64,000 bases of DNA from Rhina ancylostomus (Eukaryota), in the NCBI GenBank assembly GCA_030265395.1, contig JARFYF010000017.1:33833339-33897338 (forward strand), read 5' to 3'. Shown here piece after piece: positions 1-11,989 of this stretch (positions within the stretch are counted from its first letter, which is position 1; every line of letters starts with the position of its first letter). The notes beneath the pieces are model-generated. The model saw nothing but the letters and a program-made list of their open reading frames with translations, did not search any database and was not told where the DNA came from. The position numbers were made by a program, and so were the translations under genes.

Positions 1-330
1 TTGTATAAGATAGTTGGTATTTGAATTTGTTAACTCATAAGGAAGCGTTAATTTTCAATTGGTAGTGCCAGTTATCTAATCCTGATATTTGAACTGTGAT
101 AATTTTTCTCTTTCCTTTTTTAAATATAGTCTTTACCATTTACAGCATTCATGTGCACCTTAGGCAGCTGTCCATATTGGGTAGTTGATATTACTGTGGA
201 GATCAAGTACAGACAAAATGTTTATAATGCAAAATATCCACTGGCAATTTTTAATACATTTTTTCGCCCTGCTATGTTGGTCCTTTTCGAGTTGGTTAGG
301 ATGAGGATTTCCATGATCTCCATGTAAAAT

Positions 331-760
331 AAAGAGTTTTATTTGTGTTGTGCCTTTCATGACCTCAGCACATCTCAAAATGCTTTACATGTTAATTAAG
401 TACTTCTTAAGTGTAGTCACAATTGCAGGCAATATACCAGTTAATATATGTGCAGTGGCTCCCTCAAACACTATTATGCTCTTAATTAGATAATATGTTT
501 TCAGTATTGGACGAGAGACAAGTATTTTCCAGGATGCCAGGGATGACTCCATTGCTTTTCCTTGAAATAATGTCATGGGATATTTTGTGTCACTTGAGAG
601 AGCAGAATAAGTGTTAATTTGATTTCTCATTTAAAATTCTACACCATCAGCATTCCAGCTCTCTCTTATTTCTTTTCTGGAGTATAATCCCTGATTTTTG
701 TTTTGCTGTAATCTCTGAAGTTGGATTTGAACCTACAACCTTTCCAATTTGGAGTCAAAG
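331..760 (-). mobile_element. Old Deu-domain SINE (SacSINE1/AmnSINE1-like)
   Basis: Runs gcctttcatgacctcagcacatctcaaaatgctttaca...aagtgtagtcac...gtcatgggatattttg...ttgaacctacaacc follow the recalled reverse-complement DeuSINE consensus, ending in a B-box-like ttgaacc. Paralogous to the copies at ~19285, ~38060 and ~61000. Confidence 0.7.
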
Positions 761-1963
761 TTGACAAGTGCAGTAAAATAATCCTATTAAAGTCAACTTT
801 GGCACATTTAGTTGTTCAGTTCTTAGAATGCACGCATGAAGTCAGATGTGGAGAAATCTGAACTTGTGAGCACAAAGAATCACTGAAAGAATAAATTAAC
901 GAACACCTGGCAAATTAAAACATTGTGAACTTATTGATTTTTTTTCTCCTGCAAAATTCTTCACTAAGACTGTGATACTGATTTGAACAAACTGAGGATT
1001 CCTATTCCCCACTGTTAGAGGAATGGCATTATTAGTTGTACAGTTGCTTCCTCCCTTCCCAGTACTAATAATACCATTCACTTAGCCACAAAGATGATAA
1101 GTGGTGGGTATTGCGCTTTCATAAATATATTAAAGAAAAATTTCAATTTTTAAACAGGACTTTCACATCTTTCTCTGGTAAATGGGAATGAATTTAAAAT
1201 AAAATGTAAATTTTGCAGAAGTGCATACCATCAAAGCTAGCTTCAAAATTCAAATGTTAAATTAAAATGTTGCTAATTATCATCCTGAGACTTAAATATT
1301 TGGGGAAGAAATTTTCCATCTTTTCAGCAAGACTGTTTAAAAAAATTGCTAGCAAATTGGTGGTTCATGTTACACCCCAACAGATCTTTCATTTCCATTG
1401 CAGTTGGGATTTCAGCCACTAAGGATTAAGTTACTGTGGTAAGCACTCCCACCAGAGCACTTATGCTCAATCAGGGTTCATCTGCTCAATAGAGTTTCTG
1501 GCCTGCAATGAAGTTAGATGTTTTGAAAAGCTTTGCCCTCCCAAAACTACCAAGATTCCATCTTTAAGACAAGTTGGAATGGTGAAGAATACTAATCATC
1601 CCAAGATATGTTAAAACAGAATAAAATTGTACAGCTATACCCACCAGAATAATTTGTTAAAATGTGAAGTAAGATGAATGTTATTTTGTATCTTCAAAAT
1701 GCAATGACTTTGGATCCATACTTAAGCCAAGAAATTTGAAAAGCTTAAGAGTAACCTCAGAAAATAGCTATTGCTTTAGGCAGCCTAAAAATACCAACAA
1801 TATAAAGCATTCTGCATTTNNNNNNNNNNNNNNNNNNNNNNNNNNNNNNNNNNNNNNNNNNNNNNNNNNNNNNNNNNNNNNNNNNNNNNNNNNNNNNNNN
1901 NNNNNNNNNNNNNNNNNNNNNNNNNNNNNNNNNNNNNNNNNNNNNNNNNNNNNNNNNNNNNNN

Positions 1964-2216
1964 CTGAGATACAGTGAAAATCTTTGTTTTGCATGGCATC
2001 CAGACAGATCATTTCCAAACATAAGTACATTGAGGTAGTATGAAAAGGAAAAGCAATAAAAGAATGCTGAATATTGTGTTACAGTTACAGAGAAAGTGCA
2101 GTGCAGGTAGACAAACAAGGTGCAAGGGCCATGATGAGGTAGATTGAGAGAGCAAGAGTTCATCTTTATTGTACAAGAGGTCTGTTCAAAAATCTTAAAA
2201 CATCGGGATAGAAGCA
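1964..2216 (-). mobile_element. Rex1/Babar-type LINE 3' fragment next to an assembly gap
   Basis: gatacagtgaaaa..ttgttttgcatg..ccagacagatcat...gtctgttcaa..gggatagaagc resembles the 3' UTR/ORF2 end of the better-supported copies at 22708 and 38720. Confidence 0.55.
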
Positions 2217-2239
2217 GAATCTAAATCCAGGAACTTCGT

Positions 2240-2372
2240 ACCAACAGCACAGTGGAAGGTTGGCAACAGTTCAAGATGCTATTTACTGCCAATTTCTCGA
2301 GGACAATTAAAGATGGTCAATAAATATTGGCCTTGCCAGCGACACCAAGATCCTGAAAATGAATATAAAAAG
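2240..2372 (+). mobile_element. L2-clade LINE/SINE 3' tail
   Basis: cagttcaagatg...gacaattaaagatggtcaataaatattggccttgccagcgacaccaagatcc..gaatataaaaa; the same tail ends the L2 at ~13910-14012. Confidence 0.65.
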
Positions 2373-2624
2373 AGTATTAGCAGGTTCTTCAGCTGATGAA
2401 GTGAGGACTATAGATAACTGGCCAAGCTCAATCATATCTTATTTCAAAGTCCTCTCATAGCAGGAGTGAACTTGGCTAATTTATCCTTTCCTCAGAAGGT
2501 GCTGAGGTTAATTGTGGCCTTGCGAACAGCTGAAAATGTTTAACTCAACATAAACAAGTTATTGCATCGGGGAGCTTCTCAGATGGCTGCCATAATTTCT
2601 TTAGGTGCCTTATAAAAGCAACTT

Positions 2625-2750
2625 CTGTGAAGAAGAAAGGTCACCAACCCAAAGTATTAACTTGTATTTTGACTCTCTTCAGCTCCTGCACCCAAACCCA
2701 TTGAAAGCTGTTTGACTCGCTGAGATTTTCCAGCCATTTCTGATTTTAAT
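2625..2750 (+). mobile_element. Highly degenerate copy of the Penelope-like terminal-repeat family
   Basis: gaaaggtcaccaacccaaagtattaact and gctgtttgactcgctgagattttccagccatttctgatttta align by eye to the arms at 31820-31915 and 52090-52197. Confidence 0.5.
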
Positions 2751-3426
2751 GCATCAGCTGCTTAAACTTGCATATTAATATCTGTTGTTATGATCTTTAA
2801 GCATGGAAACAAAAGAATTTGAGATTTTCTGTAACAGATGGAAAAGAATTTTGTATTATAAATTTTGTATCAAAAACTTAACATTTCTCTGGTATTAGGT
2901 TAATGACTTCTGTTGTAATTTATAAGATTAATCTGGGCTTGAAGTTTTCACTTTTTTGTCAAAAATGACATTTATTTCCCATTTGGAAATTTATTTGATA
3001 TAATTGAGTGGCTTTCTTGAGCAATACTCAAGCCAGTATGACTAGACTGGCAGCCATTTTATTCCAACAGCTCGGTAGTCATTATTAATGATTTTTTTTT
3101 GGTCTTGATTTAAATATCTGATGAAGACTACTATTTAGAAGATTTGCATTGCCGGTACAAAGACTGGCTCTCATTGCCTCTGGATCTGGAGTTTGAATCA
3201 CTTATGCACCAACTGTCTAATGCTTTTCAACATTGACATTCTCTTAAAGTTGTACTTCTCTTGGTGGTTTTGCCATAGGGAGGTTGCCACTGTTTGAAGC
3301 ACATGCTCCATTCAATGAAACTTAAATGAAAAACTAGCAAAAGTACAGAATACAATAGTTTACCATTTCTTGGATGCTGGATCGAATAATTTTACTGTTA
3401 TGTTTAAGACATTTAATATTTTATCA

Positions 3427-3572
3427 AAATCAGACAGTGTGGTATCATANNNNNNNNNNNNNNNNNNNNNNNNNNNNNNNNNNNNNNNNNNNNNNNNNNN
3501 NNNNNNNNNNNNNNNNNNNNNNNNNNNNNNNNNNNNNNNNNNNNNNNNNAAATCAGACAGTGTGGTATCATA
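3427..3572. other. 100-N gap flanked by a 23-bp direct repeat
   Basis: aaatcagacagtgtggtatcata at 3427-3449 and 3550-3572. Confidence 0.9.
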
Positions 3573-5356
3573 AAGGTTTAGTAAAGAAGCTTGTAACTTA
3601 TTTATCAAGCTATTTCTTTTTCTGTTTGATCACACTGGCAGTTGTGCACTCTGTCAGATAAGTAGCACTTTGTATGGACAGCATGAGACAGGAGCATGGG
3701 GATGTAGTGTGCTAATAGATACACTCACATAATCTTCTGCAGAATTCTCTGACAGATATTTTCTTTTGTTCTTTGTTTCAACCCATGATCTGCCATGGAT
3801 CTGTGACATCTTTTGTTGGAGATCAAACAAGCTAGTGACACCTGATTACATTGTACAGGTTGTTTACAGTTGCATTCTCAAGGACCCCTAGACAAGATGG
3901 AATAGTTCACCTGAAGTAATTAAATTTGCACCTGGGATACCAGTCCTGACAAGAATGCAGGGGATTTTGGGTAACCATCCCCTTAAGCAGCTTTTACCAG
4001 GTACAAAAGGATAGAAGCTTGTAGATTGGTAAGCAGTGTTATTACTATATGCCACTCAGATTTGACAGTTGCTCAACAAAGCCAAGTACAATAGACTATC
4101 AATATGAAAGACATGGCGCCAGGCCTTTAGTCCAATAGCCAAAGGGCACCAAAGTGCTTGGACAAACATTGGATTGGTGCCTAACTAAATTCTATTTGCT
4201 TCCATGAATTTGTTTTTCTGAAAGCATCACAGTAATGCCAAAATGTTGTTACATCTATCAATGTGGGTCCTGTGATGATTTGTGTCTCCACAGTGCTAAG
4301 AGCTGACCTGTCCCAATTGACAGTCATGCTATATTACATAGGTTGGATTAAGTAATTATTTCTAGCCCACTGACTACAAGTAAGATTAATAGATTTTGAA
4401 AGGACTTTAATGGAAATCTGACCCATCTGGCTCTAGCATTATTCCTTATTTACCACACTCTCATCTTGCTCACCTTTGGGCTATAGCATAGTGTAATTTA
4501 TGTTTGTTTTGCCATATGAGAGGCTAAAGGTCAGTTTTAATGAGCTAGGTAAGGTTCTGCTTAAGATTGAAAAACACTGCATAGAGGTCAGTCTGTAAAT
4601 GTTGCTGGCAAACCTCATATTTCAGTAAAGAAAACTTTGGGTGTTAGGTAGGGGAAGATAGTAAACTTAATTTATTTTTAACAAATAAAATTAGTTTTAG
4701 CAGATTAATCCATAGAGATTTCAATGTTTTGTATTACTTTTGTTTTCTACATTGTGTCAAGTTGTTCTTTATTGTGATTTGCAAGAAAAGTAAAAGCTTA
4801 GCAGTTTATTATTTGGTTCCCAGAATGCATTTTTTCAAGGATAATTTGCTCTTCAGCCAGGGTTATATGTAGTGACATTCTCACAAAGCAATAGTTCATT
4901 CAGTTGGAAAAAAAACAAATCACACACTAGTTCTTCTGACATAAGTTGTGTTGCTTTTGGTCATACATTGGTTGCTATTTAACTTTATTAAAGTTCTGGT
5001 TGAGTAAATATTCTTTTGGAAAATACTAGCTTGGGATTCAAACTACATAAGTTTTCATAAAAATGCATTCCCTTGGGTTGTTTATTTGTGATTGTTAAAG
5101 AATGAGTTGCTGAGGTAATAATGGTAACTAAGAGTGTTTTTTAATCATTTTCTTTTATGAATTCTGGGTGTACAGTGATCATTTTGAAAATCTTTCAAAC
5201 TGCTATGATTATATCTACTTTGCAAATGTAATATGCAAACCAGTAATTGTAAATGTTCAGTAAAAATAAACTTGTACACATTTGACCAAATTTCCTAATT
5301 ATGGCCAGGGAAAGTAGTCAACATTATGAATTTATTGAATTATAATTTATCCCTGG

Positions 5357-5390
5357 AGATGCATATTGGTATGACAGATGCATATTGGTA
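5357..5390 (+). repeat. Short direct duplication (15-bp unit, period 19)
   Basis: agatgcatattggta at 5357-5371 and 5376-5390, separated by tgac. Confidence 0.9.
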
Positions 5391-6414
5391 GCCACAAAAG
5401 AGTGTGTGATTCTCTGCTGCAGTCTTTGAACCTTTCAAAGTATATTTAACAATATTCAAAGTAAAAATTGTATTTGAATGCATGTTGTTATCTTTGGCAA
5501 TGTAATATTTTTGGAGAAAAACATTGTGCTTTTGAAGATATCCAAGCTTTGAGTCCTGTTTTTCACAATGTTACTGTTAAAGGGAAGTCAGTTTCTTGAG
5601 GGGTAGTTGGGAGAATGAGTGAGTCTGCAAAAAAAATTATTGAAACAAAACAGTTTCTTGTAAAGCTGTGGATGAGAAATTATAAAACACTGATTTTAAA
5701 ATGTGCTGCAATACTAAACTGCTATCTTTACTCTTGAGGCCTTTATTCCTTTTATTTGGCTAATTTTTTTGAGAACGTGCATTCATTTTGCCAGTCCTTT
5801 TAAACTAGTGGCCCGGATACAGGGCGGGCCAGCCAACAAAGAGAATAATTGTGTAATAATAACATACATGCATAAAAATTTCTTATAGGGGTCATTCTGT
5901 AAGCTGCTACATAACTGGTTGCAGGAGCTGAATCATTGGATGATGAGATATAAACAGTCAGAGAAAAAATGTTGAAGACTGTGCTTTAAATAGGAACAGA
6001 TGAATTTGGTTGAGAGAAAAATGAGCACAGATGGTGTTGAAAGGTGGCAGAATTAATTGCTTTGGAGACTGCTTGTATACTCCTTATAAACTATACCTTT
6101 TTCCTTTTAATGATTAAGTTATACTTATGTCTATATTTTCATGTTGCTTCATTTTTTCAATTAAATCCAGGGAAAATTGTTAAGAATTCTTTAAAACTTT
6201 TATATTTAAACATTTTAAGTGACTAGTATTATAGCAACAGTAGTGGCATTTATATGAAAGACTTAAGAGTAGATTTGTGTACAAATCTCTTACCGATTTG
6301 AGGTGACTGAAGTAACATAATGATGTACTAACCTTTCCAGATTTATTTAACTAATACCGCTACACAATTCTGTATCCATTACATTGTGGCCATTTAGCTC
6401 TTGTGAGCAGCTTC

Positions 6415-6945
6415 ACAATTCAATAAGGCCATGTTGAACCTTCTGCTTCAACAAATGCCTTTCGGCACTATCCCCATATCCCTTCATTCTCTATGTACTA
6501 TTAAATAATGTCAGAGAATTTCAAAGTTTTGCTATCATTTGATTGAACATATTTTCCTTGTCTCAAACCTAAATTACAAAGCCTTGATATTCTGAGTCTG
6601 ATCATAGTTCTAGACTCACAAACATAGCATGTCCTCTTAGTTTCTACCCTGTTGTTTCTTAATTTTCTATCTTGCAATGTGATCACTTCGCATCCTTTGA
6701 AGCTCTGAGGAATGAAGGTGTACTCACTTGCCGCTCTTTGTACTATCCCCTCATCTTAGAAATTAGTCAATCTTTTTGGTTTATCTCTAAGTCTAAGGCA
6801 AGTATATCCTTCCTTGGGTAAGGATGCTTAAATTCTACAGTAATCCAAATAAGGTCCCACTAAACCCCTGTATAATTGCACTGTTATTTCTGCATATATT
6901 CCAATCCCTTTGTAATAAAAGCTAAGATACAATTGTTTTCTCATC
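6415..6945 (-). mobile_element. Decayed CR1/HER1-like LINE 3' fragment
   Basis: ccccatatcccttcattc.., aatccaaataaggtcccactaaacccctgtataattgca and ccaatccctttgtaataaaagctaa follow the reverse complement of CR1 ORF2 3' end. Confidence 0.55.
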
Positions 6946-7424
6946 AACTGTATATAAGGATTCCTTCAACAAATTAAAAAAAAATTCCCATCCACAATGG
7001 GATTGTTCAAGTGACATCAAAATTTTAGTAGTTTCTTTCCCTACGGGTCCAAACTGCCATCCACATATAAAGTAATTGTAGTTGTCAGTGAGTAAATATA
7101 CTTTAATTCTGCCATCATTAGACTGGATTCGAGCTAGATGTCAGTTATTGAACAAAGGTACGGTGTCCTTTTGAACAATTTGGACCCTTGATTTGGCTTA
7201 TTGAACATATATTTTTTTAAAAATTATGTTTAAATAAATCTCATGGCCTGGTGGACAATCTCTTTTGTTCTGACCTTATTTGCATCCATTCTATATCAAT
7301 AGATCTTTTGATGTTCTAAGTATTTTTCCCTAAACTGCTTTGTCATCTCTATGGGTATTTTCAAAAACCTTCTCAAACCCTTTCTTATTATTTGTAATAC
7401 TTTTAAGTTATAATGGAATAGAAG

Positions 7425-7776
7425 GAAGGCATTTGGCTCATTGCTTTATGATGGATTCCAGGACAGCAGTCCTATCATTCTCATTACCTCTTTCCCTTTT
7501 TCCATGTACACCTGAATTTCTACTCTCCCACACATCCATCAACTCCCCCTTGACTCTTTTTGCCATTAACCTACACAAAATGGTAATTAACAATGGGCAA
7601 TTAATCTACCAGGAGGCCATTGGGAACTGGGTGAAAACCGGAGCCCCTGGAAGAAACACAACCAGTCACAGAGAGAACGTTCAAGCACTACAAAGACACC
7701 ACCTAAGGACAGGATTGAATCCCAGCCTCTGGAGCTGCGAGGCAGCAGCATTAACTGTTGAGGCACTATGCCACCC
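7425..7776 (-). mobile_element. tRNA-derived V-type (HE1-like) SINE
   Basis: Minus strand starts gggtggcatagtg...gctgctgcctcgcagctccagaggctgggattcaatcc (A/B-box head), followed by the V-domain gtttcttccaggggctccggttt. Paralog of 12797-13062. Explains spurious ORF 7340..7969. Confidence 0.75.
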
Positions 7777-8121
7777 ACCTTGTTTGCTCACCAATAATTT
7801 TATTATGAAAGCCCATTGTCTTTACAGCTTTATTAAATACCCTTGGAGATTTATCAAGCTAAAGCAATATATTTGTAAGTATCCTTGTGGTGATTGCTTT
7901 GTTTCTTGGATCATGACGATGCTAAACTTGTTTTGTGCTGTTCCAAAGATTTTCATAGTGTTGTTTTAATAAATATTAGGAATCTTAAAGTAAAGTAAAA
8001 TCTCATTCATTAATATAATAGTAACAAATATGGATTATTGTTATCAAGTAATTATATACAAGCCCCAGGGAACAGTTAAGTTGGTGGTAGAAGACAATCT
8101 CGAGTTAAAGGGGGTTTAAGT

Positions 8122-8140
8122 GTGTCACTAGAGGGCACTG
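8122..8140 (+). promoter_or_regulatory. CTCF-like motif
   Basis: gtgtCACTAGAGGGCACTG matches positions 5-19 of the CTCF consensus (CCASYAGRKGGCRSY) and lies in apparently non-repeat sequence. Confidence 0.5.
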
Positions 8141-9524
8141 GAACATCATGGTGCAGGACAAGGCCCAGTCTCCTGCTTTCCAATTTTCTGAGCTGATTGA
8201 GTCTTTGACGTAAGGTATTTTGTTTTATTATCGAGGGCATGGTGTAATGTATTCATCTCCATTCAAGGCTGCCATTAAATGCCCAGAACATGCCCTTCTC
8301 ACAGTTATGCCCTGTTAACTATACTGATTTGGTATAATAATTAGCTGGATTTAACACTAACTATGGTAGCAACTGACACCTAAAATTTTCCCATTGTTTT
8401 GAATACGTGACAAGAGTGTACATTCTGTGAAATAAATTAAGGAGGTCAGAAACCTGTTCTCTTTATCTGCAGTGCTATTTTCTGCATCATTGTTTTAAAA
8501 GGAATATATTAACTTTCTTCTGTATTTGTGTTATGATTCTACTGCTTAGTCTGCATAGGCTGTTGTTCGCATTTAAAGACAGTGTTAATCTTTCATCGTT
8601 GACAATGCTTTGAAAGGTAAGAATTAACCTGAAATATAACACCTGTTTTATTTTGCTTCTCTCCAATCTGTATATGAGAACAAATTCCAGTGATCCAATT
8701 ACACTGAAAAAGCAACAATCCTCTCTTAGTCAAAAATACTCCACAGTTAGTTGAAATAGTACAATTAACAATTTAAGGGTCAGCTCACCTTCATTTATTT
8801 GTCTATATCTACCTTTCTATAACTAACTTGGAAAGATTAAATAATTCAGTGCTACTGTATGACATACTTTGGTGTTAAGCAGCTTATTGTCTATCACTGT
8901 TCCTCTGAGCCACAGCATTCCATATAATTGTTTTTGTACTTTTATCAAAGAAAATAATTTTAAAATTCGGTTAACAAATTAGACATATTATGCTAGTCAG
9001 AGATTTATAATGTAATAACACTTAGAGGCTGCATTGTTGTACATACATGACAGCTACTGGACAGTTGCTAAAATTTCATGCTTGGACTTTTGATGAATCC
9101 ATATTCTAGCTGGCAAAATGAGCATAGAAAGTTGTCTTAAAACTATGGTTCTGTCCTTGTTGGTGCCTCTGGAATTGTCATGTGGCATAGGGAGCTTGTT
9201 TCCAAATTTTATACGGTACTATTTGTACAGCAACAATTTATTATTGGTGTCTGATAGCAAAAAACGTTTAATGATATTTAAACCTATATAAATGGTTTAA
9301 TTAACTCACTGTCCCTTTTTAAACTTGTTCTTGTAAGTGGCTGCCTTTGTTTATAAATTACACAGCATGGTTAACAATACTTGTCGGTGGTAGTCTTGTC
9401 AGAGTCTTTAACTTGATACTAGCAAAGTTAGTCATTTATTTAGGTGCTATTAAAAACAGATTAGTAAGCATGTAGCTTGATAATGTACATTGATAACATA
9501 ATTCTTTTTTTGTACAGTAATTAT

Positions 9525-10204
9525 GGCCTGGACCTTGCTGGTAAATACCAGAAGTTTCAAGTGGAACTTCCCAGATTTATGTACTTAAATGGAGATAAGT
9601 TTTGGATTTCCTTGCATGTGTTGTCGAACTTGGAATTCTCAAACTACTGACAGATTTGGAATGCCCAATCTGATACTTCACAAAGCTTAATCTTGCTGAG
9701 ATTCTTGAGCAGTTACATTGGGGAAATCATAGTTTTAATCGTCAGATTAGACCTGGTGTAGGATCCACCTAACTATTGGTTTTAATTAAGATTATGGGGT
9801 AGTGGATAAAGGGGAGGCAAGATTTTTAAATTATTTTTGTTTAGTTTGATACTTTTAACTAAAATGCTTTTGGGTGTTTTTAGCTAATTTTATTTTTTTT
9901 AAAAAAACTATGTGCACCATTTTAATTGTTTTAAATGCCAGAGCCATACAATGATATTTATAACCTCCTTTCTGTAATGACAACTGGCAAAGATAAATGA
10001 CAGACTTTGCCAGTGGATAAAGCATTCTTGAGTGAACTCCTTTACTGTGCTGTTGAAGACTCCACCGCCACTTGGGCACTACTCTCACCACACTGCTCGA
10101 GTCCAGGAGGCTTGGGGCCAGCTAGTTAGACCCTCCTCATTGGCACAAGGTAAACACAGAGAACACAGGCAGTGATAATGACCCTTTGCCAGCAAGATCT
10201 AGCC
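9525..10204. mobile_element. Putative old MITE / non-autonomous DNA transposon
   Basis: Imperfect terminal inverted repeats: ggcctggaccttgctggtaaa (9525-9545) and tttgccagcaagatctagcc (10185-10204), about 16/20 complementary. No ORF inside. Confidence 0.45.
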
Positions 10205-11989
10205 AGTCATTTCCATACATTTTCAAAATTTAGTTTCTGTACAATAATGGCAAAGTTAAGTATTCTAAAATGTACATAATTTATGGAATCATAACTCATG
10301 ATATCTTAAAAAGAGAAAAATATCAAATTCTAAGTAACTGCAGGCATACTTTGCTATACATATGATAGTACCATGGCTCAGATGTTTTTCAAATACAGAA
10401 GCAATCTGGAACTGGCTTTTACGGTGAAGAGAGCAGAAAGAACTTCAAAACTGTTTTCCAAGAATAACAGAGACCTAACTCACTGCAATAATTAATTTCT
10501 ATCAGAAGGCAGACCNNNNNNNNNNTTGAATGTGTTTTGGAAGCATTCTCTTTTCTCATTATTTCAATAAAGTATAAACTTTGAAATTGAAATTTCAGGT
10601 GCTGTATGAATAATAAGAAAAATGAAATTTCCCTGCCCATTGTGTACATATGGAAATTTAACACATCCTTGTGCCTTTCCATTTTTTTTGAAATGAGAAA
10701 TTGGCTTGGTGTTTTGAGGTTAGTCACTTTCCTAGCATAGGAAATGCACCTGCTTCCAACATTTACTGAAGGCACATGGCTTCTGTTAACAAAAGGAGTG
10801 CACCTGCTAAAAGAGGATGCACAAATGTGAAGAGAACTTGAAAATAGATTATGCTGTCAAGACACTTAGAATGATACCATAGCTTTATTGATAGTGTCTG
10901 TTGGGGTGAGGCTCAGGGGCATAATACCAGCAAAAAGAGGTCTCATAAAAATTATCTATCATTTTAACTTCCTATTATCATTACTTAAAGTGTTAAATCA
11001 TGTGTGACAAATCTAACGCTGAACTGTGCAAGTAGATTGTCGATACTATTTCATTAACATGTAGCAAGGTAAGTGAATGATCTTCCCTTAAGTTAAAATG
11101 ATTTGCAGATATTTAGTATAAAATGGTATACCTTAGAATCAGGAACTTCCAAGGCAAAACATTTTTGATACAAAACAAAATTTAGTTTTAATGTAAATGA
11201 ACTTTTATCCTCCTTGGGCTAGATAAACTTAATTCGCATATGCATTACAGCTTTTGTGTGGGAACCAGAAACTGAAGCTTTTGATAAATGGGAAGGGGCA
11301 AAGGCATTTGACTTGGAACACAAAACCTATTTAATAGCAGTACAGGAAAGAATATAAAGCGTTGTTTTCTTAGGTTACTGTTTTTCTGTTATTTGATTGA
11401 GGGCTACAATGATGACCAGCATGACCTGACTGCACTTACTTCCTTGGGCTGAATGTCTCTATAGATTGTAACTCAGAAGTTGTCAGCTTTGAGGATCTGT
11501 GCAGGCCTAAGGCTGTGCTGTGTGGACAGATTTGTTCAGGTGTGAATTATCACTCTGACGCACATTGCAGGAATCCTTTTTCTACTTTTCATAACACACA
11601 TCCATTGCAGTGTTTGTGCATGAGACACATATTAACTTCATTGGACTACTTTGGGCTGTGGTGAATACTCAAGTACAACTTGCTCCCAATGCTATTGACC
11701 TCCTGTGGATGATTTGCAGTTCATCTTTACCTCTACAGCAGAACAAGGAACAATTTTTTTTTGGAAAAAGATTAGTTTCGTGCTGCGCTTCAAGTTAAGA
11801 TGGCCTAAAGGCACGTCAGATATCTTACCAAATGCCTTACCAAGGAAAGGTAGACTTACCAGTAGACTCCTAAAGACAAAATGCTGAGTTTTATTGATGT
11901 GAATCTTCTGGATTTTATTTTTCTAAGAATCAGCCCAGCAGCTCAAAACTGGGTATCAGCAGCACCACCAGTACTGGTTGACTTAAAGT

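Noticed and set aside
7340-7969. 209-aa ORF on the + strand
   Set aside because: Mostly the antisense of a V-type SINE; no protein-like features.
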